DNA of 64,000 bases from Eledone cirrhosa (taxonomy: Eukaryota): the NCBI GenBank assembly GCA_964016885.1, contig OZ024744.1, positions 76,012,001 through 76,076,000 of the forward strand, written 5' to 3'. Positions 30,001 through 43,137 of the stretch are shown in pieces. Position numbers and translations under genes: made by a program. The notes under the pieces were generated by a model. The model was not told where the DNA came from, did not search any database, and saw nothing but the letters and a program-made list of their open reading frames with translations. The stretch's first letter is position 1, and each line of letters opens with the position of its first letter.

Positions 30001-33000
30001 CAGATACATCTATATCAAGTGGGACAGTCCTATTGTTGGTAGGTGTTGACATAGACATCTATATCAAGTGGGACAGTACTATAGTTGGTAGTTGTTGACA
30101 GATACATCTATATCAAGTGGGATAGTCCTATTGTTGGTAGGTTTTGACATAGACATCAATATCAAGTGGGACATTCCTATTGTTGGTAGGTGTTGACAGA
30201 TACATCTATATCAAGTGGGACAGTTCTATTGTTGGTAGGTGTTGACAGATACATCTATATCAAGTGGGACAGTCCTATTGTTGGTAGGTGTTGACAGATA
30301 TATCTATATCAAGTGGGACAGTCCTATTGTTGGTAGGTGTTGACATAGATATCTATATCAAGTGGGACAATCCTATAGTTGGTAGGTGTTGACATAGACA
30401 TCTATATCAAGTGGGACAGTCCTATTGTTGGTAGGTGTTGACATAGACATCTACATCAAGTGGGACAGTCCTATTGTTGGTAGGTGTTGACAGATACATC
30501 TATATCAAGTGGGACAGTCCTATAGTTGGTAGGTTTGAAAGATACATCTATATCAAGTGGGACAGTCCTATTGTTGGTAGGTGTTGACAGATATATCTAT
30601 ATCAAGTGTGACAATCCTATTGTTGGTAGGTGTTGACATAGACATCTATATCAAGTGGGATAGTCCTATTGTTGGTAGGTGTTGACAGATACATCTATAT
30701 CAAGTGGGACAGCCCTATTGTTGGTAGGTGTTGACAGATACATCGATATCAAGTAGGACAATCCTATTGTTGGTAGGTGTTGAATGATATATCTATATCA
30801 AGTGCGACAGTCCTATTGTTGGTAGGTGTTGACATAGATATCTATATCAAGTGGGACAATCCTATAGTTGGTAGGTGTTGACATAGACATCTATATCAAG
30901 TGGGACAGTCCTATTGTTGGTAGGTGTTGACATAGACATCTATATCAAGTGGGACAGTCCTATTGTTTGTAGGTGTTGACAGATACATCTATATCAAGTG
31001 GGAAAATCCTATTGTTGGTAAGTGTTGACATAGACATCTATATCAAGTGGGACAATCCTATTGTTGGTAGGTGTTGACATAGACATCTATATCAAGTGGG
31101 ACAGTCCTATTGTTGGTAGGTGGTGACAGATACTTCTATATCAATTGGGACAGTCCTATTGTTGGTAGGTGTTGACATAGACATCTATATCAAGTGGGAC
31201 AATCCTATTATTGGTAGGTGTTGACAGATACATCTATATCAAGTGGGACAGTCCTATTGTTGGTAGGTGTTGACAGATATATCTATATCAATAGGACAGT
31301 CCTATTGTTGGTAGGTGTTGACAGATACATCTATATCAAGTGGGACAGTCCTATTGTTGGTAGGTGTTGACATAGACATCTATATCAAGTGGGACAGTAC
31401 TATAGTTGGTAGTTGTTGACAGATACATCTATATCAAGTGGGATAGTCCTATTGTTGGTAGGTTTTGACATAGACATCAATATCAAGTGGGACATTCCTA
31501 TTGTTGGTAGGTGTTGACAGATACATCTATATCAAGTGGGACAGTTCTATTGTTGGTAGGTGTTGACAGATACATCTATATCAAGTGGGACAGTCCTATT
31601 GTTGGTAGGTGTTGACAGATATATCTATATCAAGTGGGACAGTCCTATTGTTGGTAGGTGTTGACATAGATATCTATATCAAGTGGGACAATCCTATAGT
31701 TGGTAGGTGTTGACATAGACATCTATATCAAGTGGGACAGTCCTATTGTTGGTAGGTGTTGACATAGACATCTACATCAAGTGGGACAGTCCTATTGTTG
31801 GTAGGTGTTGACAGATACATCTATATCAAGTGGGACAGTCCTATAGTTGGTAGGTTTGAAAGATACATCTATATCAAGTGGGACAGTCCTATTGTTGGTA
31901 GGTGTTGACAGATATATCTATATCAAGTGTGACAATCCTATTGTTGGTAGGTGTTGACATAGACATCTATATCAAGTGGGATAGTCCTATTGTTGGTAGG
32001 TGTTGACAGATACATCTATATCAAGTGGGACAGCCCTATTGTTGGTAGGTGTTGACAGATACATCGATATCAAGTAGGACAATCCTATTGTTGGTAGGTG
32101 TTGAATGATATATCTATATCAAGTGCGACAGTCCTATTGTTGGTAGGTGTTGACATAGATATCTATATCAAGTGGGACAATCCTATAGTTGGTAGGTGTT
32201 GACATAGACATCTATATCAAGTGGGACAGTCCTATTGTTGGTAGGTGTTGACATAGACATCTATATCAAGTGGGACAGTCCTATTGTTTGTAGGTGTTGA
32301 CAGATACATCTATATCAAGTGGGACAGTCCTATAGTTGGTAGGTTCGAAAGATACATCTATATCAAGTGGGACAGTCCTATTGTTGGTAGGTGTTGACAG
32401 ATATATCTATATCAAGTGGGACAGTCCTATTGTTGGTAGGTGTTGACATAGATATCTATATCAAGTGTGACAATCCTATTGTTGGTTGGTGTTGACATAG
32501 ACATCTATATCAAGTGGGATAGTCCTATTGTTGGTAGGTGTTGACAGATACATCTATATCAAGTGGGACAGCCCTATTGTTGGTAGCTGTTGACAGATAC
32601 ATCGATATCAAGTGGGACAATCCTATTGTTGGTAGGTGTTGACAGATACATCTATATCAAGTGGGACAGTCCTATTGTTGGTAGGTGTTGACAGATACAT
32701 CTATATCAAGTGGGACAGTACTATTGTTGGTAGAGGTTGACAGATATATCTATATCAAGTGGGACAGTCCTATTGTTGGTAGGTGTTGACAGATACATCT
32801 ATATCAAGTGGGACAGTCCTATTATTGGTAGGTGTTGACATAGACATCTATATCAAGTGGGACAGTCCTATTGTTGGTAGGTGTTGACATAGACATCTAT
32901 ATCAAGTGGGACAATCCTATTGTTGGTAGGTGTTGACAGATATATCTATATCAAGTGGGACAGTCCTATTGTTGGTAGGTGTTGACAGATACATCTATAT

Positions 33001-36000
33001 CAAGTGGGACAGTCCTCTTGTTGGTAGGTGTTGACAGATACATCTATATGAAGTGGGACAGTCCTATTATTAGTAGGTGTTGACAGAGACATCTATATAA
33101 TGTGGGATAGTCCTATTGTTGGTAGGTGTTGACAGATACATCTATATCAAATGGGACAGTCCTATAGTGTGTAAGTGTTGACATAGACATCTATATCAAG
33201 TGGGACAGTCCTCTTGTTGGTAGGTGTTGACATAGACATCTATATCAAGTGGGACAGTCCTATTGTTGGTAGGTGTTGACATAGACATCTATATCAAGTG
33301 GGACAGTCCTATTGTTGGTAGGTGTTGACATAGACATCTATATCAAGTGGGACAATCCTATTGTTGGTAGGTGTTGACAGATACATCTATATAAGTGGGA
33401 CAATCCTATTGTGTGTAGGTGTTGACATAGACATCTATATCAAGTGGGACAATCCTATTGTTGGTAGGTGTTGACATAGACATCTATATCAAGTGGGACA
33501 GTCCTCTTGTTGGTAGGTGGTGAGAGATACTTCTATATCAATTGGGACAGTCCTATTGTTGGTAGGTTTTGACATAGACATCTATATCAAGTGGGACAAT
33601 CCTATTATTGGTAGGTGTTGACAGATACATCTATATCAAGTGGGACAGTCCTATTGTTGGTAGGTGTTGACAGATATATCTATATCAAGTAGGACAGTCC
33701 TATTGTTGGTAGGTGTTGACAAATACATCTATATCAAGTGGGATAGTCCTATTGTTGGTAGGTGTTGACATAGACATCAATATCAAGTGAGACAATCCTA
33801 TTGTTGGTAGCTGTTGACAGATACATCTATATAAGTGGGACAGTCCTATTGTGTGTAAGTGTTGAATTAGACATCTATATCAAGTGGGACAGTCCTCTTG
33901 TTGGCAGGTGTTGACATAGACATCTATATCAAGTGGGACAGTCCTATTGTTGGTAGGTGTTGACATAGACATCTATATCAAGTGGGACAGTCCTATTGTT
34001 GGTAGGTGTTGACAGATACATCTATATCAAGTGGGACAGTCCTATTGTTGTTAGGTGTTGACATTGACATCTATATCAATTGGGACAGTCCTATTGTTGG
34101 TAGGTGTTTACATAGACATCTATATGAAGTGGGCCAGTCCTATTGTTGGTAGGTGTTGACAGATACATCTATATTAAGTGGGACAGGCCTATAGTTGGTA
34201 GGTGTTGACATAGACATCTATATCAAGTGGGACAGTCCTATTGCTGGTAGGTGTTGACATAGACATCTATATCAAGTGGGACAATCCTATTGTTGGTAGG
34301 TGTTGACAGATACATCTATATCAAGTGGTACAGTCCTATTGTTGGTAGAGGTTGACAGATATATCTATATCAAGTGGGACACTCCTATTGTTGGTAGGTG
34401 TTGACAGATACATCTATATCAAGTGGGACGGTCCTATTGTTGGTAGGTGTTGTCAGATACATCTATATCAAGTGGGACAGTCCTATTGTTGGTAGGTGTT
34501 GACATAGACATCTATATCAAGTTGGAGAGTCCTATTGTTGGTAGGTTTTGACAGATACATCTATATAAAGTGGGACAGTCCTATTGTTGGTAGGTGTTGA
34601 CATAGACATCTATATCAAGTGGGACAGTCCTATTGTTGGTAGGTGTTGACATAGACATCTATATCAAAAGGGACAATCCTATTGTTGGTAGGTGTTGACA
34701 GATACATCTATATCAAGTGGGACAGTGCTATTGTTGGTAGGTGTTGACATAGACATCTATATCAAGTGGGACAGTCCTATTGTTGGTAGGTGTTGACATA
34801 GACATCGATATCAAGTAGGACAGTCCTATTGTTGGTAGGTGTTGACATAGACATCTATATCAAAAGGGACAGTCCTACTGTTGGTAGGTGTTGACAGATA
34901 CATCTATATCAAGTGGGACAGTGCTATTGTTGGTAGGTGTTGACATAGACATATATATCAAGTGGGACAGTCCTATTGTTGGTAGGTGTTGACATAGACA
35001 TCTATATCAAGTGGGACAGTGCTCTTGTTGGTAGGTGTTGACAGATACATCTATATCAAGTGGGAGTGTCCTATTGTTGGTAGGTGTTGACATAGACATC
35101 TATATCAAGTGGGACAATCCTATTGTTGGTAGGTGTTGACAGATACATCTATATAAGTGGGACAGTCCTATTGTGTGTAGGTGTTGACATAGACATCTAT
35201 ATCAAGTGGGACAATCCTATTGTTGGTAGGTGTTGACATAGACATCTATATCAAGTGGGACAGTCCTCTTGTTGGTAGGTGTTGACAGATACATCTATAT
35301 CAATTGGGACAGTCCTATTGTTGGTAGGTGTTGACATAGACATCTATATCAATTGGGACAGTCCAATTGTTGGTAGGTGTTGACAGATACATCTATATCA
35401 AGTGGGACAGTTCTATTGTTGGTAGGTGTTGACAGATACATCTATATCAAGTGGGACAGTCCTATTGTTGGTAGGTGTTGACAGATATATCTATATCAAG
35501 TGGGACAGTCCTATTGTTGGTAGGTGTTGACATAGATATCTATATCAAGTGGGACAATCCTATAGTTGGTAGGTGTTGACATAGACATCTATATCAAGTG
35601 GGACAGTCCTATTGTTGGTAGGTGTTGACAGATACATCTATATCAAGTGGGACAGTCCTATAGTTGGTAGGTGTTGACAGATACATCTATATCAAGTGGG
35701 ACAGTTCTATTGTTGGTAGGTGTTGACAGATACATCTATATCAAGTGGGACAGTCCTATTGTTGGTAGGTGTTGACAGATACATCTATATCAAGTGGGAT
35801 AGTCCTATTGTTGGTAGGTGTTGACATAGACATCAATATCAAGTGGGCAATCCTATTGTTGGTAGGTGTTGACAGATACAGTCCTATTGTGTGTAAGTGT
35901 TGAATTAGACATCTATATCAAGTGGGACAGTCCTCTTGTTGGTAGGTGTTGACATAGACATCTATATCAAGTGGGACAGTCCTATTGTTGGTAGGTGTTG

Positions 36001-39000
36001 ACATAGACATCTATATCAAGTGGGACAGTCTATAGTTGGTAGGTGTTGACAGATACATCTATATCAAGTGGGACAGTCCTATTGTTGTTAGGTGTTGACA
36101 TTGACATCTATATCAATTGGGACAGTCCTATTGTTGGTAGGTGTTTACATAGACATCTACATCAAGTGGGCCAGTCCTATTGTTGGTAGGTATTGACAGA
36201 TACATCTATATTAAGTGGGACAGGCCTATTGTTGGTAGGTGTTGACATAGACATCTATATCAAGTGGGACAGTCCTATTGTTGGTAGGTGTTGACATAGA
36301 CATCTATATCAAGTGGGACAATCCTATTGTTGGTAGGTGTTGACAGATACATCTATATCAAGTGGGACAGTCCTATTGTTGGTAGAGGTTGACAGATATA
36401 TCTATATCAAGTGGGACAGTCCTATTGTTGGTAGGTGTTGACAGATACATCTATATCAAGTGGGACGGTCCTATTGTTGGTAGGTGTTGTCAGATACATC
36501 TATATCAAGTGGGACAGTCCTATTGTTGGTAGGTTTTGATAGATACTTCTATATCAAGTGGGACAGTCCTATTGTTGGTAGGTGTTGACATAGACATCTA
36601 TATCAAGTGGGACAGTCCTATAGTTGGTAGGTGTTGACATAGACATCTATATAAAGTGGGACATTCCTATTGTTGGTAGGTGTTGACAGATACATCTATA
36701 TCAAGTGGGATAGTCCTATTGTTGGTAGGTGTTGACATAGACATCAATATCAAGTGAGACAATCCTATTGTTGGTAGCTGTTGACAGATACATCTATATA
36801 AGTGGGACAGTCCTATTGTGTGTAAGTGTTGAATTAGACATCTATATCAAGTGGGACAGTCCTCTTGTTGGCAGGTGTTGACATAGACATCTACATCAAG
36901 TGGGCCAGTCCTATTGTTGGTAGGTGTTGACAGATACATCTATATTAAGTGGGACAGGCCTATTGTTGGTAGGTGTTGACATAGACATCTATATCAAGTG
37001 GGACAGTCCTATTGTTGGTAGGTGTTGACATAGACATCTATATCAAGTGGGACAGTCCTATTGTTGGTAGGTGTTGACATAGACATCTATATCAAGTGGG
37101 ACAATCCTATTGTTGGTAGGTGTTGACAGATACATCTATATCAAGTGGGACAGTCCTATTGTTGGTAGAGGTTGACAGATATATCTATATCAAGTGGGAC
37201 AGTCCTATTGTTGGTAGGTGTTGACAGATACATCTATATCAAGTGGGACGGTCCTATTGTTGGTAGGTGTTGTCAGATACATCTATATCAAGTGGGACAG
37301 TCCTATTGTTGGTAGGTTTTGATAGATACTTCTATATCAAGTGGGACAGTCCTATTGTTGGTAGGTGTTGACATAGACATCTATATCAAGTGGGACAGTC
37401 CTATTGTTGGTAGGTGTTGACATAGACATCTATATAAAGTGGGATATTCCTATTGTTGGTAGGTGTTGACAGATACATCTATATCAAGTGGGATAGTCCT
37501 ATTGTTGGTAGGTGTTGACATAGACATCAATATCAAGTGAGACAATCCTATTGTTGGTAGCTGTTGACAGATACATCTATATAAGTGGGACAGTCCTATT
37601 GTGTGTAAGTGTTGAATTAGACATCTATATCAAGTGGGACAGTCCTATTGTTGGTAGGTGTTGACAGATACATCTATATCAAGTGGGACAGTCCTATTGT
37701 TGTTAGGTGTTGACATTGACATCTATATCAATTGGGACAGTCCTATTGTTGGTAGGTGTTTACATAGACATCTATATGAAGTGGGCCAGTCCTATTGTTG
37801 GTAGGTGTTGACAGATACATCTATATTAAGTGGGACAGGCCTATAGTTGGTAGGTGTTGACATAGACATCTATATCAAGTGGGACAGTCCTATTGCTGGT
37901 AGGTGTTGACATAGACATCTATATCAAGTGGGACAATCCTATTGTTGGTAGGTGTTGACAGATACATCTATATCAAGTGGGACAGTCCTATTGTTGGTAG
38001 AGGTTGACAGATATATCTATATCAAGTGGGACACTCCTATTGTTGGTAGGTGTTGACAGATACATCTATATCAAGTGGGACGGTCCTATTGTTGGTAGGT
38101 GTTGTCAGATACATCTATATCAAGTGGGACAGTCCTATTGTTGGTAGGTGTTGACATAGACATCTATATCAAGTTGGAGAGTCCTATTGTTGGTAGGTTT
38201 TGACAGATACATCTATATAAAGTGGGACAGTCCTATTGTTGGTAGGTGTTGACATAGACATCTATATCAAGTGGGACAGTCCTATTGTTGGTAGGTGTTG
38301 ACATAGACATCTATATCAAAAGGGACAATCCTATTGTTGGTAGGTGTTGACAGATACATCTATATCAAGTGGGACAGTGCTATTGTTGGTAGGTGTTGAC
38401 ATAGACATCTATATCAAGTGGGACAGTCCTATTGTTGGTAGGTGTTGACATAGACATCGATATCAAGTAGGACAGTCCTATTGTTGGTAGGTGTTGACAT
38501 AGACATCTATATCAAAAGGGACAGTCCTACTGTTGGTAGGTGTTGACAGATACATCTATATCAAGTGGGACAGTGCTATTGTTGGTAGGTGTTGACATAG
38601 ACATATATATCAAGTGGGACAGTCCTATTGTTGGTAGGTGTTGACATAGACATCTATATCAAGTGGGACAGTGCTCTTGTTGGTAGGTGTTGACAGATAC
38701 ATCTATATCAAGTGGGAGTGTCCTATTGTTGGTAGGTGTTGACATAGACATCTATATCAAGTGGGACAATCCTATTGTTGGTAGGTGTTGACAGATACAT
38801 CTATATAAGTGGGACAGTCCTATTGTGTGTAGGTGTTGACATAGACATCTATATCAAGTGGGACAATCCTATTGTTGGTAGGTGTTGACATAGACATCTA
38901 TATCAAGTGGGACAGTCCTCTTGTTGGTAGGTGTTGACAGATACATCTATATCAATTGGGACAGTCCTATTGTTGGTAGGTGTTGACATAGACATCTATA

Positions 39001-40561
39001 TCAATTGGGACAGTCCAATTGTTGGTAGGTGTTGACAGATACATCTATATCAAGTGGGACAGTTCTATTGTTGGTAGGTGTTGACAGATACATCTATATC
39101 AAGTGGGACAGTCCTATTGTTGGTAGGTGTTGACAGATATATCTATATCAAGTGGGACAGTCCTATTGTTGGTAGGTGTTGACATAGATATCTATATCAA
39201 GTGGGACAATCCTATAGTTGGTAGGTGTTGACATAGACATCTATATCAAGTGGGACAGTCCTATTGTTGGTAGGTGTTGACAGATACATCTATATCAAGT
39301 GGGACAGTCCTATAGTTGGTAGGTGTTGACAGATACATCTATATCAAGTGGGACAGTTCTATTGTTGGTAGGTGTTGACAGATACATCTATATCAAGTGG
39401 GACAGTCCTATTGTTGGTAGGTGTTGACAGATACATCTATATCAAGTGGGATAGTCCTATTGTTGGTAGGTGTTGACATAGACATCAATATCAAGTGGGC
39501 AATCCTATTGTTGGTAGGTGTTGACAGATACAGTCCTATTGTGTGTAAGTGTTGAATTAGACATCTATATCAAGTGGGACAGTCCTCTTGTTGGTAGGTG
39601 TTGACATAGACATCTATATCAAGTGGGACAGTCCTATTGTTGGTAGGTGTTGACATAGACATCTATATCAAGTGGGACAGTCTATAGTTGGTAGGTGTTG
39701 ACAGATACATCTATATCAAGTGGGACAGTCCTATTGTTGTTAGGTGTTGACATTGACATCTATATCAATTGGGACAGTCCTATTGTTGGTAGGTGTTTAC
39801 ATAGACATCTACATCAAGTGGGCTAGTCCTATTGTTGGTAGGTGTTGACAGATACATCTATATTAAGTGGGACAGGCCTATTGTTGGTAGGTGTTGACAT
39901 AGACATCTATATCAAGTGGGACAGTCCTATTGTTGGTAGGTGTTGACATAGACATCTATATCAAGTGGGACAATCCTATTGTTGGTAGGTGTTGACAGAT
40001 ACATCTATATCAAGTGGGACAGTCCTATTGTTGGTAGAGGTTGACAGATATATCTATATCAAGTGGGACAGTCCTATTGTTGGTAGGTGTTGACAGATAC
40101 ATCTATATCAAGTGGGACGGTCCTATTGTTGGTAGGTGTTGTCAGATACATCTATATCAAGTGGGACAGTCCTATTGTTGGTAGGTTTTGATAGATACTT
40201 CTATATCAAGTGGGACAGTCCTATTGTTGGTAGGTGTTGACATAGACATCTATATCAAGTGGGACAGTCCTATTGTTGGTAGGTGTTGACATAGACATCT
40301 ATATAAAGTGGGATATTCCTATTGTTGGTAGGTGTTGACAGATACATCTATATCAAGTGGGACAGTCCTATTGTTGGTAGGTGTTGACATAGACATCTAT
40401 ATCAAGTGGGACAGTTCTATTGTTGGTAGGTGTTGACAGATATATCTATATCAGTGGGACAGTCCTATTGTTGGTAGGTGTTGACAGATATATTTATATC
40501 ATTTGGGAAAGTCCTATTGTCTGTAGGTGTTGACAGATATATCTATATCAATTGGGACAGT
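1..40561. repeat. 49-bp tandem satellite array, ~830 monomers, open at the left window edge
   Basis: Consensus GTTGGTAGGTGTTGACA(TAG/GAT)ACATCTATATCAAGTGGGACAGTCCTATT repeats with period 49 (e.g. GTTGG at 48 and 97). No non-repeat insertion was seen. The array ends at ...ATTGGGACAGT (40561). Confidence 0.99.
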
Positions 40562-41040
40562 AGATGAGGAGTCGTGACTTCTGTCTGAAATCCTTCAATA
40601 TGATGTCTAACATATTTGCCTTTATCTTCTGTCTGTTTGAACAGAAAAGTTCCATAGTAGTGAGATATGATCTTTTGCAAGTACCGGATGTCTAGGTCCT
40701 TGTAAATTACCCAGTTGATACACCATGCAGCTCTATTATCTCTGTTGAGATACCCTTGGGTCACCAGAAGATTACAAGTAGAGACAATTTAATCGATGTT
40801 TTTAAACTGTTGTTTATATGTTCTACATGTTATAATAAACCCTTCTGTGCCCTATTTTAAGCCAGAGGACTCTAACTACTGATGCGTAACACATTTGACA
40901 ACACCAGCATCGTTAGCTCTCTCTGAGTATTCACCATGAAGTGTCTTTTCTTGCCATTTGCCGATAAGATTATTTAAGGCTGCATTTTTAGTAAAGGTTT
41001 CGCGGGTTTAGCTTTTTCTGTGGTTGTTTTCAGTTTATGT
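40562..41040 (-). pseudogene. Decayed C-terminal part of an R4/Dong-type (RLE) non-LTR retrotransposon ORF
   Basis: Manual minus-strand translation through stops and frameshifts: KWQEKTLHGEY...THQ*LESSGLK*GTEGFII..CRTY...NID*IVSTCNLL..GYLNRDN.AA.CINW, then HISLLWNFSVQTDR...MLDIILKDFRQKSRLLI. The motif order matches the R4-like copy at 49420-50213 (MPGY..W..HFEGYAFA, Y..RHD..A, WWNFPVKT, RPDIMIWD). Confidence 0.85.
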
Positions 41041-41130
41041 AATTCTGAGACGTCAGTAACTTTTATATTTTTGTTACTGAATATAATTTTTTGCTGCTTT
41101 CGTACTTTATAACAATTTATTATTATTATT

Positions 41131-41320
41131 AGGGTGGTGAATTGGCAGTATCGGTAGTGGGTTTGACGCCATGCTTTGAGGCAAAGAGTTACGGTCCATT
41201 ATGGTCTGAGTTCAAATCCCGCCGAGGTTAACTGTGCCTTTCATCCTTACAGGGTCGATAAAATAAAGTACTAGTAATAAAGTGGGATAATTGCTGGCTT
41301 TGTGCCAAATGTAGAAACAA
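41131..41320 (+). mobile_element. tRNA-derived SINE
   Basis: A-box-like TGGCAGTATCGG, B-box-like GAGTTCAAATCCC, then the core GCCTTTCATCCTTAC.GGGTCGATAAAATAAAGTAC and tail GGC.TTGTGCC..A.TAGAAAC shared by about nine copies in the window. Confidence 0.85.
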
Positions 41321-41326
41321 CTATTT

Positions 41327-41508
41327 AGAGCGTGGAACAACATACTTTACGGTATAGAGATACGGCCTTTTACCTTCTAAGTTCAGTTCCCGCCAAGGCT
41401 AGCTTTGACTTTCATCGTTGTGGGGTAGATAAAATATAGTACCAGTCACGCACTGGTTCGATTTATTCGACTTTTCCGTCCTCCCAAATTGCTGGCCTTG
41501 TGCCTAAT
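41327..41508 (+). mobile_element. tRNA-derived SINE, diverged tandem copy
   Basis: AAGTTCAGTTCCCGCC, then CTTTCATCGTTGTGGGGTAGATAAAATATAGTACCAG, then GCTGGCCTTGTGCCTAA. Confidence 0.75.
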
Positions 41509-41516
41509 AAAAGAAA

Positions 41517-41712
41517 AGGGTGGTGGATTGGCAGTATCGGTGACATATAGCTACGGCCCTTTACATTCTGATCTCAAATCCTGCCGAGGTTAGCTTTACC
41601 TTTTATCTTTACGGGGGTCAATAAAATAAAGTACCAGTAATGCTTTGGGGTCAATATAATCGACTTTCCACTCCCGTTCAAATTACAGGCCTTGTGCCTA
41701 AATCAGAAATCC
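41517..41712 (+). mobile_element. tRNA-derived SINE followed by an (ATT/GTT/GTC/ATC)n tract
   Basis: TGGCAGTATCGG, CTCAAATCCTGCCGAGG, the shared core and the GGCCTTGTGCCTAAATCAGAAA tail. The trinucleotide tract runs to ~41795. Confidence 0.8.
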
Positions 41713-41908
41713 TTATTATTATTATTGTTGTTGTAATTGTTGTTGTTGTCGTTGTCGTCGTCGTCGTCGTTGTCGTCGTCATCATCATCATCATAATCGA
41801 CTACAAATATGTTTCTTTGTATAAGTATGCGACAAGACGCGTATGAAGTATGTGAAATTTATGTAGGCATATGCAGGAATTTCACGCCTATAATATTTTA
41901 GCTATACA

Positions 41909-42058
41909 CTAGCAGAATGGCCCGGCGTTGCTCGGGTTTTGCTCTAGGTTTCTTATATATTTGATATATATTTATCCTTATCGAGCCTCGTGAAATAAAT
42001 ACGTTTGTTTATGTTTTGTGATTGCATATGCAAAAATATCTGTACACGAATATATAAT

Positions 42059-42135
<77 letters not shown>

Positions 42136-42632
42136 ATGTGTGTGTGTGTGTATGTGTGTGTGTGTGTGTGAGTGTGTATTAAAATAACAAATTAACGTTT
42201 AAGCAAAGAATCGCTGCTTTCACCCTTAACTGGATCTTCTGAAACTAAAAAAATCAATCTGTGAACACAGAAGTAAATATTTCGAAAAACGTTACACACA
42301 CTCTATATATATATACACACTATATATATACATATATATAGACACACACATAGCGTCATAATGTCGTAATGCAGAGATATAGACAGAAATTATAAAGGCG
42401 CAACGTTATATCTATGTATCTATCTAAAAAGAAAAACTAAGAATTATACAGAGAGATCGCTAAATCGCCTAAAGCGGTCCCTAGGGCTTTGAACATTTGA
42501 AATATGTTTTGCTCAAAACACTCACAGGACCATCTGTATTACATGTGTAAAGTTTGAAAACAATCGGTTGGGTGCTTCTCGGGTTTTAGGGAGTCAGACA
42601 GACAGATAGACATTCTCTGTTTTAGATATAGA
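41909..42632 (-). mobile_element. Non-autonomous Helitron-type element
   Basis: On the minus strand it starts A|TCTATATC with (TGTC)n nearby and ends with a GC hairpin (CCCGAGCAACGCCGGG, 41921-41936) 8 nt before CTAG|T. This is the canonical 5'-TC / 3'-hairpin-CTAG structure in an A^T target. Confidence 0.75.
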
Positions 42633-42805
42633 TAATTACATTCAATTCTATTAGAAATAGTATAAAATACTTTATGTAACTCAAGGCATGTGTTAGTTTC
42701 TAGTTATAATATATAGAGATATAAGTGTGTGTATTTGTTTATAAACGTGTTATCCATCTATGTCATATATATACTAGCAGGAAAACCACCCTTTGGATGA
42801 GGACG

Positions 42806-42947
42806 TATTGAGTTACGGCCCTTGCCATTCTGAGTACAAAGCCCGCCGAGGTTAACTTTGCCTTTCATCCTTACGGGGTCGATAAAATAAAGTACCAGTA
42901 ATGCACTGGATAATTGCTGGCCTTGTGCCAAAAGTAGAAACAATTAT
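42806..42947 (+). mobile_element. 5'-truncated SINE, left arm of a tail-to-tail pair
   Basis: Core and tail match the other SINE copies. Confidence 0.85.
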
Positions 42948-42951
42948 GACA

Positions 42952-43137
42952 ATAATTGTTTCTACTTTAGGCACAAGGCCAGCAATTATCCAGTGCATTA
43001 CTGGTACTTTATTTTATCGACCCCGTAAGGATGAAAGACAAAGTTAACCTCGGCGGGATTTGAACTCAGATCGTAAAGGGACGTAACTATGCTGGAAAGC
43101 ATGGTGTCCGACTCTCTACTGATACTGCCAATCCACG
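42952..43137 (-). mobile_element. SINE, right arm of the tail-to-tail pair
   Basis: Reverse complement of tail, core, B box (GGGATTTGAACTC) and A box (GATACTGCCA). Confidence 0.85.

Noticed and set aside
1-40561. CRISPR array or repeat-protein gene
   Set aside because: Monomers are directly adjacent with no unique spacers and no cas genes. The period of 49 is not a multiple of 3 and stops recur. ORF 20276-20470 is a chance read-through of variant monomers.
1-40561. Satellite monomer as a hammerhead-containing repeat
   Set aside because: Neither strand of the consensus has CUGANGA or GAAA.
41131-41225. Functional tRNA gene
   Set aside because: A and B boxes are present, but no cloverleaf was found and the sequence continues into the multi-copy SINE core.
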